Positions 25,808 to 37,497 of a stretch of DNA of 64,000 nt are shown here, one piece after another; position 1 is the first letter of the stretch, and every line of letters starts with the position of its first letter. Origin of the DNA: Squalus acanthias (Eukaryota); the NCBI GenBank assembly GCA_030390025.1, contig CM059438.1, positions 68,326,001 to 68,390,000 on the forward strand, read 5' to 3'. Made by a program: the position numbers and the translations under genes. The notes below the pieces were generated by a model. It made no database searches. It was given only the letters and a program-made list of their open reading frames with translations, and was not told the DNA's origin.

Positions 25808-27682
25808 CTACTTTTTGCCATTCGAGGGTGATCTCCTTCCCTTGCGCACTTCCCCCCTTCCCACCCTACTGCTCCTCCGTAATGGGACCTCAGTGGCTGC
25901 AGCAAGGCTGCTGGAAGGCTGCTGATTGTCAGAACCTGAGACTGCAGATGCCCTTGAAGGATGGCCTCGACCAGCTCTGGGCCTGGAGGGCCCGGCTGCA
26001 GACTGCACCAACTCTGCATGGGCGGCAGCAGTCTGGGCTACAGGCGGTGGCAAGTGCAGTGGAGAAGTGACAGTGGTGGCAGCAGGAATGCTGTCATCTT
26101 GAGAAAGGACAGCAACTCCCTGCTCGACCAACACACTGGCACTCCCACGGGGCAGCACTTTAGCATCTGGAGCAATCTGCTGGAGCACAGATTGCTGGCC
26201 TGCTGAGGCGCGGTGAGAGCCCCGGGGAAAGGTGTCCAAACCAACGAGGATGGCAGCAGTCAGTGCTCGCGTGGCCTCAATCTGAGTCTGCATGAGACCA
26301 GTAAGAGATGGGATCATGGCAGCCAGTGCCTGAATTGCAGCACTAAACATTTGCGTGGCATCAGCCTGTGCTACAGCAAAGTGCTCCACACTCCTTGCCA
26401 GTGATTCAATGCATTCGGGCACCCTTCCCACTGCACCCATGAGCTCAGTGTGCATGTCCACCGCCTGGGTGTTCATTTCAGCGATCAGCCACTCCTCCTC
26501 TGCGTCCAGTGCAGTAAGACTCGCTGGCATACTCTCCCTCCGGGGAAGAAGGCCCCCGAGCTTCCCTACCCCCATCGTGTTGCTGCAGCCTGCTGGGTCC
26601 TGGAGCTTCACCCTCATCAGACCCTTCCCCCCTGCTCCCCTCCAGGGAAGGCGTGTTCCCAATGTGGGCATGGGCTTCCTTGGGAGAGGGTGGAGCTGAT
26701 GCTCCGCCTTCATCTTCCTCCTCGCCTGCAGCTTCACTCCCACTGGCAGCTTGAGGGCCCGTCTCCTCAGCTGGTGAATCACCATCTGAAAGCAGGGAGG
26801 TACAAGAATGGCTTTAGCGTGAGGACTGGGGGGCAGTAAGGGAGGAATGAGTGCAGCGATGTAGTAAGTTGAATTGAAAGTGTCAAAGGCTGGTGTTGTG
26901 AGGGACAAGTGGAAGGAGAGAGGACAAAAAGGTGATGACCTTACCATTGCTGTCCAGAACGGGGTCGGCGTCTCCAGTGGCGACGGGACCGATCACCCGG
27001 CTTGCCACAATCCTGTGGACGCACTCCTCAAGATTGCTGAGGGGTTGCAGCTGAGGCCCCCCTCCACCCGTCCGTTGCTGCTGTCTCCTATTATGAGATA
27101 GCTTGGCCTGCAAGAAAAAGGACGGCGTCTGAGTAAATATACAGCCATGGTCTTGCCTGATGTGCCTCCCATAGGTGATTAGCCCTTACTGTATGCAGAC
27201 ATGGTCTTGCCTGATGTGCCTCCCATCGGTGAATAGCCCTTACTGTATGCAGACATGGTCTTGCCTGATGTGCCTCCCATAGGTGAATAGCCCTTACTGT
27301 ATGCAAAGTGTGGAATGTGCATGTGTGTTTCATGAGAGGGCCATAGGTGTTGGTTGAGTGTTGGGCATTGGGGTTTTAAGACCCTCTGGCCATAGAGTGA
27401 GGTTGAGATGGAGGGATGGAGAGGTATTGAAAAAAAGCCACTCACCCTGACGACCCGAGTGAGGTCGTTGAACTTTTTTCGACATTGAGTATGGGTCCTG
27501 GGCACCATGCTCCTGGAGGAGATGCTCTGTGCCACCTCCCTCCACACTCTTCTGTACTTGTGCGGCAAAGGCCTCCTGCCACTCTCTGGGTACAGTATTG
27601 ATCTTCTGCGCTCCAACGCGCCAACCAGAGCATCCAAGGCCCGCTCGCTGAAGCACTGAGCTCGTTCTCTCACCCTCTCCAT
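25808..27682 (-). CDS. Harbinger Myb/SANT-like DNA-binding protein, 3 exons (27682-27446, 27107-26945, 26785-25808), probable frameshift in exon 3
   Basis: Exon 1 reads MERVRERAQCFSERALDALV...WREVA...RTHTQCRKKFNDL. GT-AG sites: AGG|gtgagt, ttcttgcag|GCC, ATG|gtaagg, ctttcag|ATG. Exon 2 reads AKLSHNRRQQQRTGGG, typical of this family. Confidence 0.85.
27146..27305. repeat. 54-bp tandem repeat x3 in intron 1 of the Myb gene
   Basis: CATGGTCTTGCCTGATGTGCCTCCCAT...ACTGTATGCAGA starting at 27146, 27200 and 27254. Confidence 0.95.
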
Positions 27683-28285
27683 AGTCCTTGGCTGGAAGAT
27701 TTAGGCACAGGTCTCTCCAGGCCGAGATTCAAGGCTCCAATGAGCAGGGTGTGGCTGGAGAGCAAGAGCGACCCTCCCCTTTAAGAACTGTCCCGCGCCA
27801 GTGTGTCTGTGTTCCATCGCTAACTGACAGCACCTGCGCTGCGCCTGCGCTCTGAGTTAGCGCCTCGCTCCTCGGCCTTTGCGCCTTAAGAGAGGTGTGT
27901 AGCACCTGATTTAGCACTCCAATCAACTCCAGGGGCGATAAAAGTCAAGTTTGCAGTCGGAGGCGATAATTAGCGCCAGGCGCTAAACGTTGCGCACGGC
28001 CGATAATGGCGCCCCAAACGGGGCGATACTGAATTTTTCCCCCATAGTCTTTCCCTATTAACCCTATCAAAATTTTTCAGAACTGAAAACCTCTCTAAAA
28101 TGTCTTTTTAATCTTCTCTGCTCCAATGGGAATAGTCCCAGTATCTCATGTTTCTTCTCATAACGACAACCATTCCTCATTGTATCATTTCACCCTAGGT
28201 TTATGAATTGAATTGCCAGATGTGAATGGCTCCATTTGTTGACATTTATCGGCTTTTGTTGGTCAATAATGATGGCACTATGCTT

Positions 28286-28388
28286 GCTGGGAAGCTGGGA
28301 AGTGGGATTAGGCTGGATAGCTCCTTGTTGGCCGGCGCGGACACGATGGGCCGAAATGGCCTCCTTCCGTGCTGTAACTTTCTATGAT
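28286..28388 (+). mobile_element. CR1/HE1-type 3' tail fragment
   Basis: GGACACGATGGGCCGAAATGGCCTCCTTCCGTGCTGTAACTTTCTATGAT, like the tail at 42755-42810. Confidence 0.75.
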
Positions 28389-28399
28389 ATGAAAATCAA

Positions 28400-28600
28400 G
28401 AAATGCCATTGATCTTGGCTGGGTTGATGGTAAGGACACTGCAATAAGTCTAAGTGGCCCAAGGCTAGGAGGGGAAAATAATCAGCTACGGTTCCCATTC
28501 CTGATTACTGACCAGTCACCACAGCTAGAAAGTGCTTGTGTATTGTTCTCAGGTGAGAACAGAACCAGGCTTGGTTGGCTGTGATGAGCCCAAAACATCC
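28400..28600 (+). mobile_element. Old SINE body (unclassified), related to 52770-53095
   Basis: Degenerate similarity to the reverse complement of 52830-53030. Confidence 0.45.
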
Positions 28601-28675
28601 ATTCCAACCTGATGCCTTTCACACGGACAATCAGCATTTTCAGGTTAGTGGTCATTTGTTCAGAGATGAAAATCA

Positions 28676-29369
28676 GTGCCTCTCCCGGGCTCCCCCTTCA
28701 CTGCCCCTCCCGGCCTCCCCCTTCACTGCCCCTCCCGGCCTCCCCCTTCACTGCCCCTCCCGGCCTCCCCCTTCACTGCCCCTCCCGACCTCCCCCTTCA
28801 CTGCCCCTCCCGGGCTCCCCCTTTCGGTGCCTCTCCCGGCCTCCCCCTTCACTGCCCCTCCCGACCTCCCCCTTCACTGCCTCTCCCGACCTCCCCCTTC
28901 ACTGCCCCTCCCGGGCTCCCCCTTTCGGTGCCTCTCCCGGGCTCCCCCTTTAGTGCCCCTCCCGACCTCCCCCTTCACTGCCTCTCCCGACCTCCCCCTT
29001 CACTGCCCCTCCCGGTCTCCCCCTTCACTGCCCCTCTCGTCCTCCCCCTTCACTGCCCCTCTCGGCCTCCCCCTTCACTGCCCCTCCCGACCTCCCCCTT
29101 CACTGCCCCTCCCGACCTCCCCCTTCACTGCCTCTCCCGACCTCCCCCTTCACTGCCCCTCCCGGCCTCCCCCTTCACTGCCCCTCCCGGCCTCCCCCTT
29201 CACTGCCCCTCCCGGCCTCCCCCTTCACTGCCCCTCTCGGCCTCCCCCTTCAGTGCCCCTCCCGGCCTCCCCCTTCAGTGCCCCTCTCGGCCTCCCCCTT
29301 CACTGCCCCTCCCGACCTCCCCCTTTCGGTGCCTCTCCCGACCTCCCCCTTCACTGCCCCTCCCGGCTC
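28676..29369. repeat. 25-bp C-rich minisatellite, about 27 copies
   Basis: Unit CTGCCCCTCCCGGCCTCCCCCTTCA with recurrent variants (GAC/GGC, CTTTCGGTG). Confidence 0.97.
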
Positions 29370-30369
29370 CTACCATATTCTGCTGCTGCTCCAGCAGAGA
29401 TAAGTCTACCTCAAGTTTTATCCTGCAATCCGAAATTCCCACGCAGTGTGAAGCGGCATTTAGTTCCCTGGAAGGGAAGCACCTCGTAGGAAGCAAAAGA
29501 AGTTTGGGGGTTTGAGATACAGGGTTGCCCTGTTTTGGTGGGGTGGGGGGAGGAGGTGGGGGAAGGAAGACCCAGGAACAACCCTGTGGGGGATGGGGAG
29601 GAGCTAGGATTGTGCTTGAGGGGGAGGGGAGGAGAGGAGAGGGCTAACATAAACCAAGGGCTGAGGTAGGAGAAGGAAGAGAGCCTCTATGAACTGAAGG
29701 AGGGGCGGAACCAGTTTGAACTGGGGAGGGTTGGAAGAGGAGGGAGAGGGAAGCAGGAGTGTTAGCATAAACTGAAGAGAAGAGGAGAACTAATACCAGA
29801 TTTAATTGAACAGGTAAAGGAGACAAATTCCATCTTGAACTTGTGGGCTGGGGGTGAGAAGAAACGAGTGCCGTTCTGAACTGAGGGTGATGTGCGGTGG
29901 GGGGTGGGGAGAAGAAAAGTGCATCTGAATCACTGTTAAATTGTTTACATGGTTGTCACATGCAGATTTAACTACAGAGTACCACTCCACTAAACCAGTG
30001 CTGGAATGTTAGGTACACCAGTAGCTTAATTTATTACAAGCCTGTGCTGCACTGCACTTTCAGTGCAATGATATGCCATGGGCCTAGATTCAGAACCTTA
30101 TTGAGTTGCTAACTTGTCAAACATGTTGGGTCAGCTTTTGGTAGTTCCCAGGTTGGCACAGATGCCCAAACCCTACTGACGCTCCCCCATACGCCTGCAG
30201 AGCGACCACCTGGTTGAAATATCAGAGAGAGAGCCTCACCCATGGAATCTTAGCCCAGCATGAGTTAGTGTCTTCAGAAAAGATGAGGGGAAAGAATTGG
30301 GAGTGGGATGGGGGAGCGGTAAAAGCTCGGCAGTGTTTTTTTTTTTAAATGGCCATTCTAATATATTAG

Positions 30370-32002
30370 TTTTTTAAATGGTAAGAGATTGGGAAATGTT
30401 GCTGTTCAGAGGGACCTGGGTGTCCTTGTACACGAATCACTGAAAGTTAACATGCAGGTAAAGCAAGCAATTAGGAAAGCAAATGGCATGTTGGCCTTTA
30501 TTACAAGAGGATTTGGGGGAGAAATTCGGTATCGCCCCGTTTGGGGCGCAATTATCGGCCGGGCGCAAACTTTAGCGCCTGGCGCTAATTATCGCCTCCG
30601 ACTGCAAACTTGGCTTCTATCGCCGCTGGAGGTGATTGGAGCGCTAAATCAGGCACTACACACCTCTCTTAAGGTGCTACTCAGAGCACTGGTGAAGCTC
30701 ATGTGATATCAGTCAGCAATGGAACACAGACACACTGGCGCCGGCCAGTTCTTAAAGGGAAGGGTCGATCTTGCTCTCCATCCACAACTTGCTCATTGCA
30801 GCCTTGAATCTCGGCCTGGAGAGACCTGTACGTCAATTCTGCTGGAAAGAACAATGGAGAGGCCCAGGGAAAGAGCTCAAAGTGCAGCCCCCACAGTCTC
30901 TTCTAAATCAATGCAAGGAAGGTCAAATCAAAATGAACCTGCAAAGTGCTGCTCAGTACCCAAAACTCCTTCACACATCGTTGAATCTCTCCAGAAGTCT
31001 CTCTCTCTCTCTCTCAGAATGCGTGGTGCAAAAATGTCGCCGACAAAAAAAGGCAGGAAGTGGTCGCCTTTAAATAGCACTCCCCCAGTCCCTTCCCGAC
31101 TGCAAAACGCTCCCCTCAACCTGTCATTGCTAGTGGCAGGCAGTAAGGCAGGGGGCGTCACTCAATATTCGGTCCGGGGCATTACCGGGGCGTTGCACGC
31201 TCGACTGATGTTACGATCTGTGGGCGCAAGAGATCGTGGTGGTAGTGTTTAGCGCCGCCGCAAAATGTCTGGTCAATTTCGCAAGCGGCGCAAACATCGC
31301 CGCGCCCGGGCGCTAGTTACTTTGCACCCCATTAGCGCCCTCTTAGGGCGCTAACGGGAGGCACAAAGCAACCAAATTTTTCCTCCTTTGAGTATAAGAG
31401 TAAAGAGGTCTTACTGCAATTATATAGGGCCCTGGTGAGACCACCTCTGGAGTATTGTGTACAGTTTTGGTCTCCTTACCTAAGGAAGGATATAACTGCC
31501 ATAGAGGGAGTGCAACAAAGGTTCACCAGACTGGTTCCTGGGATGGGGGGATGGGGGGATTGTCCTATAAGGGAAGATTGAGTAGACTAGGCCTATATTC
31601 TCTAGAGTTTAGAAGAATGAGTGGTGATCTCATTGAAACATACAAAATTCTTACAGGGCTTGGCAGGGAGGATGTTTCCCCTGGCTGGGGGGTCTAGAAC
31701 CAGGGTTCACAGTTTCAGAATAAGGGGTTTGGCCATCTAGGATTGAGATGAGGAGAAATTTCTTCACTCAAAGAGTGGTGAATCTTTGGAATTCTCTACC
31801 CCAGAGTGCTGTGGAGGCTCAGTCATTGAATATATTCAAGACAGAGATCGATAGATTTTTCAATATTAAGGGAATCAAGGGATATAGGGATAGATCAGGA
31901 GCGTGGAGATGAGGTAGAAGATCGGCCATGATCTTATTGAATGGCGGAGCAGGCTCGAGGGGCCAGGTGGCCTACTCCTGCTCCTATTTCTTATGTTCTT
32001 AT
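30370..32002 (+). mobile_element. CR1 3' portion split by a Harbinger deletion derivative
   Basis: QRDLGVLVHESLK...ANGMLAFITRGF continues as GAGTATAAGAGT at 31390; tail CCTACTCCTGCTCCTATTTCTTATG near 31970-32000. Confidence 0.92.
30515..31386 (-). mobile_element. Internal-deletion derivative of the 23822 Harbinger family
   Basis: TIRs GGGGGAGAAATTCGGT / ACCAAATTTTTCCTCC; TSD TTT. 30515-30880 matches the reverse complement of 28043-27655 and 30881-31386 matches that of 24337-23822. Confidence 0.93.
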
Positions 32003-32243
32003 TAAAAAGTCTTAATCAGTAAAAAAACTTATTGGCCCTGAAATTCCACGGGACCACTCCTGGTCACCCAGCAGAATGCCAAACAAATCGCGTAAACATT
32101 GACATCGTTTCTCTGGGGGCTTCCGCCTAAGTTACAGTGGGAGATGAGGAGAACGTCCGCCCTCATGTGGAGACCATTGTTTTATTATCACGTGTAATTT
32201 CAACAAGTTAAACTTAACATCTCTGGTTTACTTTGTGTTGCAG

Positions 32244-32307
32244 CTTCCACAAGTGTCACCATCTGAAAACAGAATATTGTGAAGGAACTCTCCAAAATGG
32301 CTACCGG
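32244..32307 (+). CDS. Candidate host exon
   Basis: ctttgtgttgcAG acceptor and CGG|gtgagt donor; 64 nt reading xFHKCHHLKTEYCEGTLQNGYR (phase 2-0). Confidence 0.5.
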
Positions 32308-33337
32308 GTGAGTGAGCAAAACCATTTTTACTGCCTCTATGAAGTAATAAAAAATGAATTAGTTCCAGCAGCTGTATGTTGTGAGAGGCTGTGTGCGTGA
32401 AGCTGATTTGATTAGAGCCCAGTGTATTCCTTTTTTAAGTAACAGCTTTCAGGGACAGTGCATATTCCTCCTTTTAGCAGCCTTGAAACAAAAAGCCCAC
32501 TGGTGACAACTGCATCACTAATTTTAATGAAAATATATTCAGCGAGTTGCAGTTCATAACGGCAGGCAAATTGTCCAAGTTCATTTCTGCTTTTGAGCAA
32601 CCAGGTAATGCGGAATGAAGTCATGATGTACAAAGAAGTGAAGCAGCGAGGACCTCCCTTAGCATGCGGTGTTTTTCTACACGCGTTTTTGGAATCGTAC
32701 TAATAGAAACAAGTCATTGAATTAAATAAATGATCTGATTGCTTCATTTCTGTCCTGTTCTACACTTTGTACTCGACGTGTCCCAGTGCATTGGCTCCAG
32801 TTGGCTTTTTTCTTTTTCTTTTATTCATAACAAAGAAAGCCCCATGGGGATTTCTTCATTGAATTTCATTTTTTCCCCCAGCATGCCTGAAATGTGTTGC
32901 ACCTTATACATAATTCAGAGACACTAAACATTTTTTTCTCTGTGTGCATAACAATGTGGTATTATAAAGAGCAAAAAAATCCTTTGGATGTGAAAATTGG
33001 CTTTTAACCTCTGCAAACCTATTGTTCTGTCAGTTAATTCCTCTCCCCCCCAAAAAAAATCTAATTCAAGGCCCAAGTACGCCCCACAGCATCATCAGAT
33101 GAATATGGTTGAAGATGACCACTTGGCTCACCCTAGCTCATCCACTAAAAATGCTTTGGTTCTTCTCATTGCAACATCCAACTATCTCTTCAATGATTTG
33201 GAAGCCCATTATATCTGTTGATGATTCTTTACATGAAGAGCAGGCACCTGAAATCATCCATTAACGTTGCCTTTCGTCAGTTAGCATCTGTGCCCCCTTG
33301 TCCTCCTGTCAAGTTTTATCTCGAGTTTCTTTTTTTT

Positions 33338-36152
33338 TATTCACAGGATATGGGCGACGCTGGCAAGGCCGGCATTTATTGCTCCTCCTTAGTTGCCCTA
33401 GTGTCAGCTGTGGCTCAGTTGGTAGCACTTTCGCCTCTGAGTCAGAAGGTTGTGGGACGCAGTCCCACTCCAGGGACTTGAGCGCATAAAGCTAGGCTGA
33501 CACTCCAGCGCAGTGCTGAGGGAGTGCTGCACTGTCGGAGGTGATGTCTTTCGGATGAGACGTTAAACCGAGGCCCTGTCTGCTCTCTCAGGTGGACGTA
33601 AAAGATCCCATGGCACTATTTCGAAGAAGAGCAGGGGAGTTATCCCCGGTGTCCTGGCCAATATTTATCCCTCAACCAACATAACAAAAACAGATTATCT
33701 GGTCATTAGCACATTGCTGTTTGTGGGACCTTGCTGTGCACAAATTGGCTGCCGCGTTTCCCACATTATAACAGTGACTCCACCTCAAAAAGTACTTCAT
33801 TGGTTGTAAAGCACTTTGAGACGTCCGGTGGTCATGAAAGGCGCTATATAAATGCAAGTCTTTCTTTCTATAGAAGATGGTGGTGGGCCTTCTTCCTGAA
33901 TTTCTGCAGTCCATGTGGTGAAGGTACTCGCACAGTGCTGTTAGGTAGGGAGCTCCAGGATTTTGACCCAGTGACGATGAAGGAACGGCGATAGATGTCC
34001 AAGACAAGATGATGTGTGTCTTGGAGGGGAACTTGGAGGTGATGGTGTTCCCATGCACCTGCTCCCCTTGTCCTTCGAGATGGTGGAAGTTGTAGTGACT
34101 GCCAAGATGTTCCTTGTAGGGGACTCGGTGATGGTAATGCCATTGAATATCAAAGGGAGGTGGTCAGGCCCTCTGTTGTTGGAGAGGGTAATTGATGGCA
34201 CTTGTGTGGTGCAAATGTTACTTTATCAACCTAAGCCTGGATGTTGTCAAGGTCTTTCCGTATGCAGGTACGAACTGCTTCATTATCTGAAGAATTGCGA
34301 ATAGAATGAACACTGCAATCACCAGCAAACAGCTCCGCTTCTGACCTTAAGATGGAGGGAAGGTCATTGATGAAGCAGCTGAAGATAGTTGGGCCTAGGA
34401 TGCTGTCCTGATGCACTCCTTCAGCGATGTGCTGGGGCTGAGATGACTGGCCTCCAATAATCACAGGTTATCGGTGAGTAAGTGCCATTTGATAGCACTG
34501 TTGACGACTCCTTTTATCACTTTGTGGATGATTGACAGTAGGCTGATGGGGCAGTAATTCACTTTGTCCTGCTTTTTGTGGACAAGACATACCGGGCAAT
34601 TTTCCACATTGTTGGGTAGATGCCAGTATTGTAGCTGCACTGAAACAGCTTAGCTAAAGGCATAACTAGTTCTAGAGTACATGTCTTCAGCATTACAGCC
34701 AGAATATTAGCGTGGCATGTAGCCTTTGCTGTGTCCGGTGCACTTAATTGTTTCTTGATGTCACGTGGAGTGAATTGAATTGGCTAAACACTGGCATCTC
34801 TGATGGTGGGAACCTCAGGACTGGATATGGCAGGACTGCAGAGCTTTGACTTGATCCATTGGTTGTGGGATCGCTTAGATCTGTCTATAGCATGCTGCTT
34901 CCATTGTTTAGCATGCATGTAGCTTTGTATTGTAGCATCACCAGATTGGTACCTCATTTTCAAGTAGGCTTGATGTTGCTCCCGACCTGCACTTCTACAC
35001 TCCTCATTGAACCAGGGTTGGTTATCTGGCTTGATGGTGATGGAGGAGAGAGGGATAAGCCATGCCATGTGGGTACAAATTGTGGTAATATTCAATTTTC
35101 TTGCTATTGCTAGCCCACAGCGCCCGATTTTGAGCTGCTAGATTGGTTCTTAATCTATCACACTTAGCACGGCGACACACAGAGTGTTCTAAGAGTGAAG
35201 ACAGGACTTGATCTCCACAATGACTGTGCAGGAGATTTTTGAGTATGAGGTCTTGTAAGTTATTCCTTCATGTTGGTTCTCTCACCACCTGCCACAAGCT
35301 CAATCTGGCAGCTATGTCCTTCAGGACTCGGGCAGTTCGGTCACTGGTGGTACTACTGAGCCACTTTTAGTGATGGACATTGAATTCCCCCACCCCAAAT
35401 ACCCTCTGTACCCTTCATACCCTTAGTGCTTCCTCCATGTGGTATTCAATGTGGCGGAGCACTGATTCATCAGCTGAGGGCGGGTAGTTGGTGGTAATCA
35501 CCAGGATGATTCCTTGGCCATGTTTGACCTGAAGCCGTGAGACTTTATTGGGTCCAGAATCAATGTTAAGGACTCCGAGGGTCACTTTAACCCGACTGTA
35601 TGCCGCTGGTGGGCCAGTCCTGTTGGTGGGATTGGATATCTCCTGGGATTGTGGTGGAGGAGTCCAAGATATTGGCTGATAGGTATGATTCTGAGAATAT
35701 GAATATGCCAGGCTGTTGCTTGACTAGTCTGTGGACAGCTCTCCCCAACCTTGGCATGAGTCCCCAGATGTTAGTAAGGAGGACTTTGCAGGGTCGACTG
35801 GTTTGGGAGAGCCTTTATTGTTGTTCTAATTCGATGTCTAGGTCGCAGCCAAATGGTCCGTCCCGTTTTATTCTTCGTAGCTGTATTCTTTGATACAACT
35901 ACGTTATTTGATACAATTGGCTTGGTCCGCCACTTCAGAGGGCAGTTAAGAGTCAACCACATTGGGAAAGGACTGCAGGTTTCCTTTCCTAAAGTACATT
36001 AGTGAACCAGTTGGGTTTTTACGACAATCCAATTGAATTTGATCACTATTCCCAATTTTTTTTTAAACTGAATTCAAATTCTCAAAGTGCCATAGTGGGA
36101 TTAGAACTCATGTTTTCTGAATTATTAGACCAGTAACATAACCATTACACTA
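33338..36152 (-). mobile_element. Degenerate CR1/L2-group LINE with a tRNA-like 5' head, APE and RT remnants
   Basis: Head 36152-35900; APE start (LLTNIWGL...QQPGIFIFSESYL) near 35780; QPWFNEEC; GVHQDSILGPTIFSCFINDLP; tail at 33338-33400. Same family as 61160-62203. Confidence 0.85.
33401..33869 (+). mobile_element. Full-length Deu-domain SINE (SacSINE1-like)
   Basis: A box TGGCTCAGTTGG; Deu domain GTCTTTCGGATGAGACGTTAAACCGAGG...AAAGATCCCATGGCACT...CCCCGGTGTCCTGGCCAA; L2-like tail GGCGCTATATAAATGCAAGTCTTTCTTTC. Confidence 0.9.
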
Positions 36153-36189
36153 CTTTGCTCTAGGTTTACCTTTACCATAACATATAGCA

Positions 36190-36650
36190 ACTTATACATC
36201 TTTATGAGGTCCCCTCAGTTGCCTCCTTTCAAAACTGCATCGCCCAAGTCTTTCCTCATAATACAGTTCTATGACACGAAGCTTTTCTCTACAATGCCAC
36301 AAAGGTCTGGGTGTTTCCTTTCTGTCTTGATGAACCAAAGTGGGCACATTACACAGTATGAAGTCTCATAACAGCACTGTACTTACCCAAGATTGCATTT
36401 CTGACTTATATGCTACTGATTTGGCAATTACTTGCTCCGTAGATTGCTGCTCCACAGTGATTGTTAAATGCTGAGACTACTCACACATTTGGATCTCCTT
36501 CACCAAAGCTGCTTTGACACCACTTCGAACTGTTACCCTATTTTTTTCTTCCAATGTTCATTACCTTAGACTTAAGTGTACTGAATTTCATCTGCTGCTG
36601 TTCTGCCCATTTACAGATTTCATTGACTCATTTTGTAGGTCCTTGGCTGC
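36190..36650 (-). mobile_element. Very old CR1 RT fragment
   Basis: Decayed matches such as AGGTCCCCTCAG and ACTGAATTTCATCTGC to the CR1 copies elsewhere in the window. Confidence 0.45.
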
Positions 36651-37204
36651 CTCATGACACTTGACATTTGCAAGGGTTTTTTGAATTGAGTTTCTGAAGA
36701 AAATATTGATTTGATAAGTCTTTAGATACATTTGGACAATTCATTTCCCATTGGAAATATCTCAAAAATCTTTTCTGAATTTTTTTGAATTAACTATTCT
36801 GAATATTTAAAATGTTGTATTAAGAGACCTCAAAGTTTGGCGATCCCCCCAATTTGGTGATTATTCAGCAACAGTTTAATGCAGCCAATCTTAATTAGCC
36901 ATTGGCAATATCTAGATAGAATTGGCATCTTTTCTGGTTTTGGATTAATTGTGTTACAACCTTGAGAACAAATCTGTGGGCCTGGTAGCCAGGCAACAAG
37001 TGAGATAATTTAGCAATGCTTTCAATCATAGCTTCATAAGCCGGGGAATTACATCCTGTGCAAAGCTCAGAGCTGGAGTTGAATTGTTATGGACCTGAGT
37101 TAAGAAGCCATGACCTCTGGAACACTGTCTACAGATTTGAAATATAATTCTGTGAAAATTTCACTGAGTCAAATGAAGAGAGAAGTAGGATTTTGCTGTA
37201 ATGT

Positions 37205-37497
37205 ATTACACAGAATTTACAACATAGAAAGAGGCCATTCAGCCCAACAAGTCAATGCCGGTGTTTATGCTCCACATGAGCCTCCTCCCACCCTACTTCT
37301 CCCTCATGTACTTATCCAGCTTCCCCTTAAATGCATCTATATTATTTGCCTGTATTACTCCATGTGGTAGCGAGTTCCACATTCTAACGACTCTATGAGT
37401 AAAGAAGTTTCTCCTTATTGAATTTATTAGTGACTATCTTATATTTACGACCCCTAGTTTTGGATTCCCCCACAAGCGAAAGCTTCTTCTCTACATA
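37205..37497 (-). mobile_element. CR1 3' end
   Basis: Matches 4280-4610 (GGCCATTCAGCCCAAC, GAGTTCCACATTCT, AAAGAAGTTTCT). Confidence 0.85.

Larger units (their letters stand above)
23822..28043 (+). mobile_element. Full-length autonomous-type PIF/Harbinger DNA transposon (4.2 kb)
   Basis: 16-bp TIRs (A/G)GGGGAAAAATTCAGT; 3-bp TSD ATA (23819-23821 and 28044-28046); convergent transposase and Myb/SANT genes. Confidence 0.96.
23525..28165 (-). mobile_element. Old CR1 3' fragment interrupted by the autonomous Harbinger
   Basis: CR1 tail at 23525-23570. 23690-23821 rejoins 28047-28165 (AGAAATA|GTCTTTCCCTATTAACCCTATCAAAA) once the transposon is removed. Confidence 0.7.

Noticed and set aside
27179..27445. 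C-terminal 18-aa repeats (AYSKGYSPMGGTSGKTMS) of the 167-aa ORF
   Set aside because: Read-through into intron 1 past a consensus gtgagt donor; it reflects the 54-bp tandem repeat.
28676..29369. CRISPR-like array
   Set aside because: Units are contiguous with no unique spacers, there are no cas genes, and the context is eukaryotic.
28575..29515. Long Pro-rich ORFs (304, 279 and 113 aa)
   Set aside because: Artefacts of a stop-free 25-bp minisatellite; all three frames are open with the same repeating peptide.
33405..33475. tRNA gene (also 44270-44350)
   Set aside because: A/B boxes belong to SINE heads followed by SINE bodies and tails; no full cloverleaf.
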